Source: Candidatus Bipolaricaulia bacterium (lineage in GTDB: Bacteria; Bipolaricaulota; Bipolaricaulia; RBG-16-55-9). Taken from it: a DNA stretch of 20,331 nucleotides. A program made the translations under genes and the position numbers. Shown here in pieces: positions 1 through 9,300 of this stretch; position 1 is the stretch's first letter; every line of letters starts with the position of its first letter. The stretch is from NCBI GenBank assembly GCA_042219045.1, contig JBDGQO010000003.1, forward strand, positions 178,601-198,931, written 5' to 3'. The notes under the pieces were generated by a model. That model saw only the letters and a program-made list of their open reading frames with translations, was not told the DNA's origin and did not search any database.

Positions 1-2
1 CG

Positions 3-539
3 GTGTCGTGGTCGGCTGGCGATCCGCGACCGGGATCGGGGCTGGCGTTCGTCAACGCGACGCAAGATGACGGGGATCCGTTGGCCACGAGCGACGCCGG
101 GAGTCACGTTTTCACGGTCACCGCCGAGGATCAGGCCGGCAACGTGGCACGGGAGCGCGTCCGCTACTGGGTGGTCTATGACGTCAGGCTCCAGAAGCCC
201 CTGGGTCCGAAGGCGTTCGCCGACGACTCAATTCCGTCCATGACGGTGTCGGTCGGCACGGAGATCCCGTTCCGGTTTGACGTCCGGGATGCCCGGGGAA
301 AGCCGGTGACTGAGACCGCTGGAAACGTGAGCGTCTTGGAAGCCGACACCCATTCGCTGGTCTATCTCGGCGAAACGGGCACGGGCCTGTTCCGTTACGA
401 CGCCGAGACCCAACGCCAGGGCTACACGCTGGACACCGATGCGCTGGAGCCAGGTCGTTACCGCGTTCTGATGCAGTTCAACGACGGGCGGACGTTGTTC
501 CGCATGGACTTGACGTTGGAATCGGCCTCCACGTCTTAG
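3..539 (+). CDS. C-terminal part of a probable secreted/surface protein with an Ig-like segment and a PxKF-like C-terminal domain (5'-truncated by the window edge)
   Basis: Frame is open from the window start. 'HVFTVTAEDQAGN' is typical of Ig-like repeats. 'GTEIPFRFDVRDARGKPV...FRYDAETQRQGYTLDT' resembles the PxKF domain (here PFRF). Third codon positions are GC-rich; TAG at 537-539. Confidence 0.6.
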   Translation: MSWSAGDPRPGSGLAFVNATQDDGDPLATSDAGSHVFTVTAEDQAGNVARERVRYWVVYDVRLQKPLGPKAFADDSIPSMTVSVGTEIPFRFDVRDARGKPVTETAGNVSVLEADTHSLVYLGETGTGLFRYDAETQRQGYTLDTDALEPGRYRVLMQFNDGRTLFRMDLTLESASTS

Positions 540-549
540 CGCCGTCCGC

Positions 550-579
550 TTGTGCCGTGTGGCGATCGTCGTCTACAAT
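550..579 (+). promoter_or_regulatory. sigma70-like promoter TTGTGC-N18-TACAAT
   Basis: -35 at 550-555 and -10 at 574-579, in the intergenic gap upstream of SD AAGGAGGT (607-614) and ATG 621. Confidence 0.55.
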
Positions 580-620
580 TCGCGCCACGCAACCCTCAAC
601 TTGACGAAGGAGGTCGCCCC

Positions 621-3464
621 ATGCGCGTTGGCGTTCTGGCCGCGGCGATCGGGCTGCTGGCCACTCTCGCGTTCAATCCGTCGGCATCGGCCCAATTTGT
701 CGACCCGGCGCTGTCGTGGAAGACCATCGAGACGCCCCACTTCCGAGTGACGTTCCATCCCGGCACGGAGGGCATGGCCCACCTGACCGCCCAAGCGGCC
801 GAGGAGGCCTACGATTGGTGGACCGACAAGCTTGGCTATCAGCCCACCGCCAAGACGAACCTCGTGATTGTCGACTATCGAGACGGCCCGGGTGGCTTCG
901 CCAGCCTTCTGCCCAATAAACAGATCGTCAACTTCGCCTCGTTCGCCGGGTTTGCTAGTGGATTTGCCAACTCGGAAGCGACGTCCTGGGAAGAGACCGT
1001 GACGTTCCACGAGGTCGGCCACATCGTCGATCGTGACTACGTGAAGGGCATGGGGGCCAACTTCCGTCAGATCTTCGGGCGCTCCATCCAACCAGGATCT
1101 ACGGAGCCGACGCTGCTGGCCGAGGGCATTCCGACCTACGGGGAATACAAGATCCGGGGGGCGTCGCGGGCCAACGAGCCGCGCGTGGCGATGATGCTGC
1201 GCACGATGGTGATGGAGGACAGCTTCCCCGGTTACCAGGAAGCCAGTTTTTATTACGACCGCGACGAGTGGCCCGGGCCAAGCTCGATCTCCCATGACGT
1301 CGGTCCGTGGTTCGTGCGGTTCCTCGAGGACAAATACGGGACGGACACCTATGCTCAGATCAAGGAGGCCATGGCCAGCAATCCCTGGTGGACCTACGGA
1401 AGCCTCATGTCCGTGTTGCTTCCAGGCGCGAGCATAAGCGGCGACTTCAACGACGTCTTGGAGACGGCGACGGGCCATGCCATGCCGGCGCTCTGGCGCC
1501 AGTTCCGCAACTGGCTGTCGGGCAAGTTCGATCCGCAAATCGAGGAAATCCAGTCAGAGGGCATCACGCCAAGCCAACGCCTGACCGACACCGGCTTCAA
1601 CACCGACAAGGCGACGTGGGGCCCGAACGGCAAGTGGATCTACTACAGCCACAGCGATCCAGATCGAGCTGGCGGCATCCGCCGTGTGCATCCCGACGGC
1701 ACGGGCGACGAGGCGCTTGTTAGCGGGTCCATCGGGGACATCGCCGTCTCGCCGAGCGGAAAGTCCATCGTGTATGCGAAGCTGGATGTGCATCACAAAT
1801 TCTATATGCGCTATGACCTGTATCGCTACGATCTGGCCACGGGCAAGGAGATGCGGCTGACGCACGGCGAACGGGCCTTTCAGATCGCGATGGGCCCAGA
1901 GGGTGAAGAGCTCATCTACGCGCGCTACAACTGGGGCCAGTCGGCCCCGTCTCTCCATCGGCTCGATCTCAACTCCGGCGAGACGCAGGAGATCCGGACG
2001 TTCGACAACGGCACGATCGTCGAGGGATTGGCGTTGTCTCCCAATGGGAAGACGTTGGCGCTGTCGATCTGGAAGCGCGGCGGCTACTCCGACGTCTACA
2101 CCATGCCTGCCTCCGGCGGCGAGCTGACCGCGCTGACCCAGGACAAAGCGACCGACTACGGCGTGACGTGGGCATCCGAGGGGGATTACGTCCTGTTCAG
2201 CTCCGACCGAACGGGCGTCTACAATCTCCATGCGATCCGGCTTGCCGACGGCACGCTCTTCCGAGCGAGCAACGTTTTGACCGGCGCGATTGGCCCCACG
2301 GTCGCGCCCGACGGAAGCCAGATCGCGTTTACGGGATACGGCGAGTCGGGCTACGATGTGAGCACCATGGCCTATGCGCCGGAGAGCTGGACCCAAGTCC
2401 AGCTCAGCCAAGCCGATATTCCGGAATGGAATGGCTTCCCCGAGACGGACTATCCCGTCCATGACTACAATCCGTGGCCATCGCTCAGCCCCAAGCTCTG
2501 GTTTCCCGTCCTGGGCGGATCGCGGCTAGGCGTTTCCACGTTCGGCGCGGACGCGCTCTTGCAGCAGACCTACAACGCCAGTGCCGGCTGGGATCTGAAC
2601 GCCGGGACGCCGTTTGTCGACATCAGCTACAGCTACTCGGGCGTGCTACCCACGATCTCCCTCGAGGGATCCCTAAGCGGATCAGGCTACAACGCGGGGC
2701 TCACCGTCAGTTATCCTCTCGTTAGGCGAACCACCATGAACCAATCCCTATCGGTGGGGTACCAAGTAAGCCAGTCCCGCCGTATGTCACAGACGATCTC
2801 CGCCGATTGGTCCATGTCGCACGATTGGGCCTTGGGCCTGGCCGGCCTCTCGACGAGCGCCTCGGTCAACGCCCAGTATAACCTGACTGTCGGTGAGGCC
2901 CACTTGGCCAAGGTCGTCGGCCGCGCGAGCGAGACGTGGCAACTGCCGGTGGAAGGCGACCAGCGGCTGTCGCTGCGACTTGCCGGCGGCTGGAGTGACG
3001 CGCTGCTGCCCGAACGCGGGTTCCGCATCGGAGGCCCGGACGGGTCATTCCGCGTGCGAGGCTTTCCGCAGGGCGTGGAAGCCGGTCGAGTTGCTGCGGC
3101 CGGCAGCCTCGAGTACGATCAACGCCTGCTGGAGATCGAGGAGGGCATTGGCCTGTGGCCGGTCTTTGTCGACGATATCCACGCGAGCGCCTTTGTCGAC
3201 GCCGCGCAGGTCGGCGATCAGCTCACGCCCTATCGCGAGGACCTCCGGGTCGGCTTCGGCGCCGAGGCCCGCCTGACGCTAAATCTGTTCAGCTACCAAG
3301 GGACCCTACCCTTGACCGTAGGCGTTGCCCAAGGAATAGGCCAAACGTCACCCGAAATTTACGTGTCGTTCGACATCGGCGGAGGCGGAAGCGGACTCCA
3401 TGACCAGCATGGTTCGTCGCTGCGTGATCAAGCTCGGCAGTCGACTCCTCGTTCCGAACGGTAA
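621..3464 (+). CDS. Omp85/BamA-superfamily outer-membrane protein with N-terminal zinc-peptidase-like (HExxH) domain and TolB-like/PD40 beta-propeller, 947 aa
   Basis: Start moved to ATG 621 because of the strong SD at 607-614. Signal peptide MRVGVLAAAIGLLATLAFNPSASA-Q. HEVGH (1008-1022) plus downstream LAEG glutamate. PD40-type repeats (WGPNGKWIYY, VSPSGKSIVY, LSPNGKTLAL, WASEGDYVLFSSDRTG, VAPDGSQIAF). The C-terminal barrel has the Omp85 loop-6 motif VRGF (3054-3065), FVDAA and GFGAEARL. Confidence 0.8.
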   Translation: MRVGVLAAAIGLLATLAFNPSASAQFVDPALSWKTIETPHFRVTFHPGTEGMAHLTAQAAEEAYDWWTDKLGYQPTAKTNLVIVDYRDGPGGFASLLPNKQIVNFASFAGFASGFANSEATSWEETVTFHEVGHIVDRDYVKGMGANFRQIFGRSIQPGSTEPTLLAEGIPTYGEYKIRGASRANEPRVAMMLRTMVMEDSFPGYQEASFYYDRDEWPGPSSISHDVGPWFVRFLEDKYGTDTYAQIKEAMASNPWWTYGSLMSVLLPGASISGDFNDVLETATGHAMPALWRQFRNWLSGKFDPQIEEIQSEGITPSQRLTDTGFNTDKATWGPNGKWIYYSHSDPDRAGGIRRVHPDGTGDEALVSGSIGDIAVSPSGKSIVYAKLDVHHKFYMRYDLYRYDLATGKEMRLTHGERAFQIAMGPEGEELIYARYNWGQSAPSLHRLDLNSGETQEIRTFDNGTIVEGLALSPNGKTLALSIWKRGGYSDVYTMPASGGELTALTQDKATDYGVTWASEGDYVLFSSDRTGVYNLHAIRLADGTLFRASNVLTGAIGPTVAPDGSQIAFTGYGESGYDVSTMAYAPESWTQVQLSQADIPEWNGFPETDYPVHDYNPWPSLSPKLWFPVLGGSRLGVSTFGADALLQQTYNASAGWDLNAGTPFVDISYSYSGVLPTISLEGSLSGSGYNAGLTVSYPLVRRTTMNQSLSVGYQVSQSRRMSQTISADWSMSHDWALGLAGLSTSASVNAQYNLTVGEAHLAKVVGRASETWQLPVEGDQRLSLRLAGGWSDALLPERGFRIGGPDGSFRVRGFPQGVEAGRVAAAGSLEYDQRLLEIEEGIGLWPVFVDDIHASAFVDAAQVGDQLTPYREDLRVGFGAEARLTLNLFSYQGTLPLTVGVAQGIGQTSPEIYVSFDIGGGGSGLHDQHGSSLRDQARQSTPRSER

Positions 3465-4542
3465 GCTCGATCTCGACTATCTCCGGTCAATCGCGCAAGG
3501 CGTGCGCGCCCTGCGCGAGGCGGACATCGAGACGGTGCTCGTCAGTTCCGGGGCGATCGCCACGGGCGTGGCCGAGCTCGAGCTCAAGGATCGCCCGAGG
3601 TCCGTTGCGCGCAAGCAGGGCGCAGCGGCCGTGGGCCAGATCGCGCTCATGCACGCGTATCGGACGGTCTTTGCCGAGAACGGCCTGGAAGGCGCGCAGT
3701 TGCTGCTGACCCACGCCGACATCGAGGACCGCAAGCGGTTCCTGAACGCCCGGCACACGTTGGGCTCGCTGCTTGATCTCGGCGTCGTGCCGCTGGTCAA
3801 CGAGAACGACACGGTCTCCACGACAGAGATCCGGGTCGGCGACAACGACAACCTCGCCGCCATGGTCGCGTCGCTGGGCGAAGCCGATCTGTTGGTGTTG
3901 CTGTCGGACATCGACGCGCTCTACACGGCCGACCCCCAGCGTGATCCCACGGCCGAGCGGATCCCCGAGGTCGAGGGAATCACCGAGGAGCTGGAGGCGA
4001 TGGCCACCGACGCCCGCGACGGGCCCGGCATCGGCGGCATGCGGACGAAGTTGGAGGCCACCAAGCGGGCCGGCGAGATCGGCATTCCCTCGGTCATCGC
4101 CCACGGCCGTGAGCCCGAGGTCGTGACCCGCGTGGCCCGTGACGACGAGCGGGTCGGCACGCGCGTGGAGCCGCCCCGGCCTGAGCGACTGCGGCAGCGC
4201 AAGCACTGGATCGGCCACCTGCTCAAGCCGCGCGGCGTCATCCACATCGACGCGGGCGCGGCGAGGGCCATTGCCGAATCCGGACGGAGCCTTCTGCCAT
4301 CGGGAATCGTCGCCGTTGAGGGGACGTTCAACATGGGCGATGCGGTGGAAATCCACGATCCAGACGGCACATCGATCGCGCGCGGGCTGGCCGCCTACGG
4401 CGCACGCGAACTGGCCGCGATCCAGGGTTGCCGGACGGACGAAATCGAGACGATCCTCGGCTATACGTATCGGGACGAAGTGGTCCATCGAGATGACCTC
4501 GTGACCGTGTCCGCGTCGACCAAGGAGCCCCATCATGAGTGA
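3400..4542 (+). CDS. proB: glutamate 5-kinase with C-terminal PUA domain
   Basis: VIKLGS, LVSSGAI, AAVGQ, NENDTV, GDNDNLAA, LLSDIDALY, GGMRTKL, PUA segment SLLPSGI...F..GDAV. Alternative start at ATG 3409. Confidence 0.97.
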   Translation: MTSMVRRCVIKLGSRLLVPNGKLDLDYLRSIAQGVRALREADIETVLVSSGAIATGVAELELKDRPRSVARKQGAAAVGQIALMHAYRTVFAENGLEGAQLLLTHADIEDRKRFLNARHTLGSLLDLGVVPLVNENDTVSTTEIRVGDNDNLAAMVASLGEADLLVLLSDIDALYTADPQRDPTAERIPEVEGITEELEAMATDARDGPGIGGMRTKLEATKRAGEIGIPSVIAHGREPEVVTRVARDDERVGTRVEPPRPERLRQRKHWIGHLLKPRGVIHIDAGAARAIAESGRSLLPSGIVAVEGTFNMGDAVEIHDPDGTSIARGLAAYGARELAAIQGCRTDEIETILGYTYRDEVVHRDDLVTVSASTKEPHHE

Positions 4543-5782
4543 AATGCAGACGATGGCCGAATGTGCCGCACGCGTCGGCCGCGACTTGATGACGCTGTCG
4601 GCGGAGACGAAGAACGAAGCCCTGGAGGCCATGGCGGCTGGCCTGGAGCGCGAGTCGGCCGTCATCCAGGAGGCCAACGCCCAGGACATGGAAGGCGCGC
4701 GCGCCACCGGCCATTCGACCGCGCTGCTCGACCGCCTCAAGCTCGACGAGGATCGCATCGCCGGCATGGCGGATGGGTTGCGTCAAGTGGCCCGACTGGC
4801 GGACCCAGTGGGGCAGATCGCCGAGCAGTGGTCACGCCCGAACGGGCTACGGGTGCAGCGACATCGCGTGCCGTTGGGCGTGGTGGCCATGATTTACGAG
4901 GCGCGCCCGAACGTTACGGCCGACGCGGCGGCGCTGTGCCTCAAGAGCGGAAACGCCGTCATTCTGCGCGGCGGCAGCGAGGCGCTCCACTCCAACAAGG
5001 CCATCACGGAGGTCTTGCAGGCGGCCTGTCGCGATGTCGGCCTTCCGCACGACGCCGTTCAGCTTGTGAGCAACACCCACCACGCGCTCGTCGACGAGCT
5101 GCTCGATCTCGACGCCCATATCGACCTCGTGATTCCGCGGGGCGGCGCAGGCTTAATCCGAAAGGTCGTGGAACGCTCCCGGATTCCGGTGTTGCGCCAT
5201 GAGCGGGGCGTCTGTCACCTCTATGTGGACGACGAAGCCGACCTGAGCATGGCCCAAGGGATCGCCCTCAACTCGAAGATCGAGCGACCGTCGGTCTGCA
5301 ACGCGCTGGAGACGCTGCTGGTCCACGAATCGGTTGCGGATGCCTTCCTGCCGCGGGCGATCCAGCAGTTGAAAAACAACCGCGTCCTCGTTCGTGGCTG
5401 CGAAGCCACCCGAGCCGTCGTCGACGACGTTGAGCCCGCCTCTGAAGCCGACTGGGGCACGGAGTATCTCGATCTGGTCCTGTCGGTCAAGGTCGTATCC
5501 GATATGCCAACGGCCATGGCGCACATCGCTGAGCATGGGACGAAGCACACCGAGGCGATCGTCACGGAAAACGACATCCGGGCTCAGGCCTTCACGCGGG
5601 GCGTGGACGCGTCCGTCGTGCTGCACAACGCCTCGACGCGCTTCAACGACGGCGCCGAACTCGGCTTGGGCGCCGAGATCGGCATCAGCACGAGCAAGCT
5701 CCACGCTTATGGGCCGATGGCCCTGAAGGAGCTGACGACGCTCAAGTACGTCGCGCTCGGCGATGGTCAGGTCCGCGGCTGA
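4535..5782 (+). CDS. proA: gamma-glutamyl phosphate reductase (glutamate-5-semialdehyde dehydrogenase)
   Basis: VPLGVVAMIYEARPNVT, LKSGNAVILRGGSEA, IPRGG, CNALETLLVH, NASTRFNDG, GAEIGIST.KLHAYGP. SD AAGGAG upstream; overlaps the end of proB. Confidence 0.97.
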   Translation: MSEMQTMAECAARVGRDLMTLSAETKNEALEAMAAGLERESAVIQEANAQDMEGARATGHSTALLDRLKLDEDRIAGMADGLRQVARLADPVGQIAEQWSRPNGLRVQRHRVPLGVVAMIYEARPNVTADAAALCLKSGNAVILRGGSEALHSNKAITEVLQAACRDVGLPHDAVQLVSNTHHALVDELLDLDAHIDLVIPRGGAGLIRKVVERSRIPVLRHERGVCHLYVDDEADLSMAQGIALNSKIERPSVCNALETLLVHESVADAFLPRAIQQLKNNRVLVRGCEATRAVVDDVEPASEADWGTEYLDLVLSVKVVSDMPTAMAHIAEHGTKHTEAIVTENDIRAQAFTRGVDASVVLHNASTRFNDGAELGLGAEIGISTSKLHAYGPMALKELTTLKYVALGDGQVRG

Positions 5783-6030
5783 TTGACGTCCAGTCCGTGC
5801 TGATGGAAGATGTTGGTCATCAGCTCGATGCGGTCATGTCGGGAGATGCGCACGGCGTAGCAGCAGTCGTCGACCTCGCAGAGATACCAGCGTTCCTTCT
5901 GCGGCGCGCGCTCCACGACCGATCGACGCAGGTCCTCCGCCGTGAACAGATCGAGTGACTCGCGGCGGGCGCGGAGGTAGCGGCGCACGGCGTCGGCGAA
6001 CGGGTGCTGCGTGAGCGGTTGCATGGCCAT
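5767..6030 (-). CDS. small hypothetical protein, ~87 aa (start could be 6036, 6030 or 6024)
   Basis: Strong G/C bias at third codon positions from the MRMAMQ cluster to the stop. Fills an otherwise empty gap and overlaps the proA 3' end by 16 nt convergently. No family recognised. Confidence 0.6.
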   Translation of the reverse strand: MAMQPLTQHPFADAVRRYLRARRESLDLFTAEDLRRSVVERAPQKERWYLCEVDDCCYAVRISRHDRIELMTNIFHQHGLDVNQPRT

Positions 6031-6090
6031 TCTCATCGCTTGTAGCGCGAATCGTTCCCGACTTCGGGGTCGGCTGCCGCGCCGCAACGT

Positions 6091-6274
6091 GCGACATGTC
6101 TGCTTCCCATTGGACACGACTCCCAAGGCTTCCGGCATGTGCTTGACTGTCCGTGTGCTGGGCACGACGTTGGCCCAAGCATACAGCAACACGGGCTCTC
6201 AGAGCCAATCGCGCCGCATGGGCCGGATGTACGCCCCGGCTACGAACCAACCGGGAATGCGCCGCGCCATTCGC
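6091..6274 (-). ncRNA. candidate structured RNA: long irregular rod, 6S-RNA-like in size, family unassigned
   Basis: Nested complementary segments 6091-6098/6268-6274, 6104-6113/6247-6257, 6123-6129/6233-6239, 6131-6139/6217-6227, 6145-6149/6206-6210, 6151-6160/6184-6194. Two of these helices close with G-U pairs only on the minus strand. Confidence 0.45.
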
Positions 6275-6278
6275 TCGC

Positions 6279-6308
6279 TTGAGGTCACGCGTCGCACCCG
6301 CCTATCAT
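6279..6308 (+). promoter_or_regulatory. sigma70-like promoter TTGAGG-N18-TATCAT, probably giving a (near-)leaderless mRNA
   Basis: -35 at 6279-6284 and -10 at 6303-6308; ATG 6317 follows 8 nt after the -10. Confidence 0.55.
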
Positions 6309-6316
6309 GAGGGATC

Positions 6317-9300
6317 ATGCTCCGCCTCGTCGATCGCTATCTCCTCCGCGAGATGCTCTGGCCGTTTCTCGTAACGCTGGTCGGCTTTCTCATCTTCTTC
6401 ATGCTGCTGGTCATCGGCCAGCTCTCGCAGTACCTTGTGGATCGCGTTGTTCCCGCCGAGACGCTCATTTCGCTCATGCTCTACCGCGTGCCCTATCTCT
6501 TTACGTTGGCGCTGCCCATTGCGGTGCTCTTCGCCATCTTCCTCGCGCTCGGCAGGCTGGGCCATGATCGGGAACTGATCGCGCTCCAGTCCGGCGGAAT
6601 CTCCCTGAGGCGCCTGTTGTTGCCGTTCTTGATGGTGGGTCTCGTTGTCGGCGGGGCCGACTTCGTCATCGGCAACGAAGTCGCCCCGTGGGGCAATCGC
6701 CAGTTCCTGCAGGCCTACACGGAGATGTTCCTCGGCTCTTCCTCATCCCCGCAGATCCGCGACAACGCCTTCTTCAAAGGACCCAACGACCGATTCTTCT
6801 ACGTGAAGCGCCACGACGCGGAGAGCGACGTGCTCCACGACGTGCTCATCTACGACCAGAGCGGCCAGCTGGCGCTAACCCAGGACAACACGTATCCCAA
6901 GGTCGTCACCGCGGACCGGGCTCAATGGGACGGCACGGTCTGGCGACTGCAAAGCGGGGTGCTCCACGCCATCGACGAGGAGGGCCGGATCCGCTACACG
7001 AGCCGCTTCGAGTCCATGGAGATCCGCGTGGGCGAGGCGGCGCGCCAGCTCGTGCTCGAGCAGCGCACGCCCCAAGAGATGAGCCTGGGCCAGCTGGGCG
7101 AGCGCATCAGCGCCTTCCGCAAGACGGGCCGATCGGCGGAGGCGTTGATCGTGCAATACCACGCCAAGATCGCCATTCCGGCCGCCTGTCTCGTCTTTGC
7201 GCTCTTCGGGGCGCCGCTGGCGCTCCTGCTCGGCCCGCGCGGACGCGCCTTCGGCGTCATCCTCGGCGTCGGGTTCGTGCTCGTGTATCAAGGCCTCTAC
7301 TTCTGGACCGCGCAGATATTGGGGACGCGTGGCGATCTGCCACCGAGCTGGGGCGCGTGGATTCCGAACGTCGTCTTCGGCCTCATCGGCTTGGCAATGA
7401 CGTGGCGGGCCAACCACTTCGGGCGGCTCGACGTGCTCCAGCGGGCCCGCCGCTTTGTCCCCTTTATGTTCGTGGCGATCGTTCTCGGATCGGGCATCTC
7501 GGTGGCGCCCGTCCAGGCGCAGCCGAGCTCGCAGACGTCGCCGCTGGAGATCGCGGCTGAGACGATCAGCGTCAGCGATGCAGGACGGCAACTGGAGGCC
7601 GTCGGCAACGTGCGCGCCCGCTATGAGACGGGCCGGATCGAGGCCCGCCACCTGAGCGTCGATCGCGGCCAGAGCGCCAGCTGGCAAATAAGGGCCCAGA
7701 GTGCCAGCTTTGCCATTGACGAGCTCCAGGGACGAGCCATGCGGATCAACGCCGTCTTTCGGCGCGACGAGGGCGCGCTGAGCCCGCAGCGGCTGCGGCT
7801 GGCCCAGTCGGCCTCGATCCAGTTCACGGACGGGCGGCTCTCGGCCCGCACACTGACGCTGAAGCACACCGACGGCCCGAACTGGTCCCTGGATGCCGCC
7901 GGCGACGTCCGGCTCGAGCAGAGCAAGCGGAACCAAGTCGCCGAGGCGGAGACGCTCGTCGTCCAGTTGGTGTCCGATCGAGACACGGGCGAGTGGCGCC
8001 TCAAGAGCGCCCGAAGCGATCGATTCAGCGGGGCGTCCAATTTCACCAACGATCGCGGCAAGACCCACCGGCTCCGCTTCGCCGGCCGGAACGCCACCAT
8101 GACGTTCGACGACGCGAACAACGTCGAGTTGATCGACGGCAAAGGGGGCAACTTCACGACGTGTCTGTGCAGCGAGGATATCGAGGACGCGTCGTATTCG
8201 GTCCGCGCCGGGCGCATGCTGATCCGCCCCGATGAAGTCCTGGTCGCGTTCAACGTGACGGCACGCGCGTTCGGCGTGCCGATCTTCTGGGCGCCGGTCT
8301 ATCTATCGCCATTGGGGGACGTCCAGAAGGAATATCCGTTTCTCCCCGAGGTCGGCCGCTCAACCGGGCGCGGCTGGTTCGCCAAGTGGCGGATTCCGTT
8401 CTACTTGGACGAACAGACCTTCGGCCACGTGCTGATCGACTACTACACCCGCCACGGCGAGCTCGGCACGGGGATCGATCTGCAGTATCAGCTGTTGCCC
8501 GGTTCCGAAGGCGGCTCGCTGCGCTTCTATCGCTTGACGGGTCGGGGAGATGCGATCTCGCTCGACTGGTCGGACCGCTTGATTCTGCCCAACGACAGCA
8601 AGCTGGCCCTATCAGCGGGGCTGCGCACCGGACGGCTGGCGCAGAAGGCCGCCAAGCTGGACACGGGAGCGAAATTATCCGGAGACGACAGCGGGTGGAA
8701 CTGGAGCGTCGCGTTCAAGCGGAACCAGAACCTCGTGGGGCCGAACCCCGATCCCGAGGATCTCGAAAAGCTCGGCTACCGCGTGCTGGAGCGCTTGCCG
8801 GAGCTGACGATCTCCAGTCAGGCGGTCGAACTCGACGCTGTCCCGTTGAGCCTCAGCTCCAGCATCAGCTGGGGGCGCTATCAGGAGGTCGACTTCGACG
8901 GCACAACCAACAACAGTTCGCGCTTTGACGGGCGTCTGAACGCGGAGCTGAGCACGATCTCCGTGTTGCCCGGGCTCGATCTCCAGTCGAGTTCGGGATA
9001 CCGCCTGACGCTCTACGAGGCGACGCGGCGCGACGTCTGGCATATTGACTCGCGCCTGGACGCCGAGCCCACGACGAACACCACGATCTCGTTCCGCCAT
9101 CTCTATCGGACGCTGCGGGGGCAAAGCCCCTTCGAGTTCGACCGCGTCAACGTCTCGCACAAGTTGACGCTCGACGCCAACTGGCACGCCACGGACGCCG
9201 TTCGCCTCCAGCTGAATACGGGCTATGACGCCCAGGCGCAGAACTTCGATCCGCTCGAACTGACGGCCAATGCCCGCTGGGGCATAGCGCAGGCAACATT

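Noticed and set aside
552..620. Track start at 552 for the Omp85-family ORF
   Set aside because: The extension overlaps the predicted promoter; the SD and signal peptide fit ATG 621.
6091..6274. TPP, cobalamin, glycine riboswitch or SRP RNA identity for the structured region
   Set aside because: Only fragments match (CTGAGA, AGTCA..ACATGCC, CTCTCAG); the remaining conserved cores are missing or out of order.
6011..6310. ORFs crossing the 6040-6310 gap (6011-6310 +, 5834-6250 -, and the upstream part of 5767-6192 -)
   Set aside because: No coding-type codon bias, SD or motifs; the region is better explained as structured non-coding sequence.
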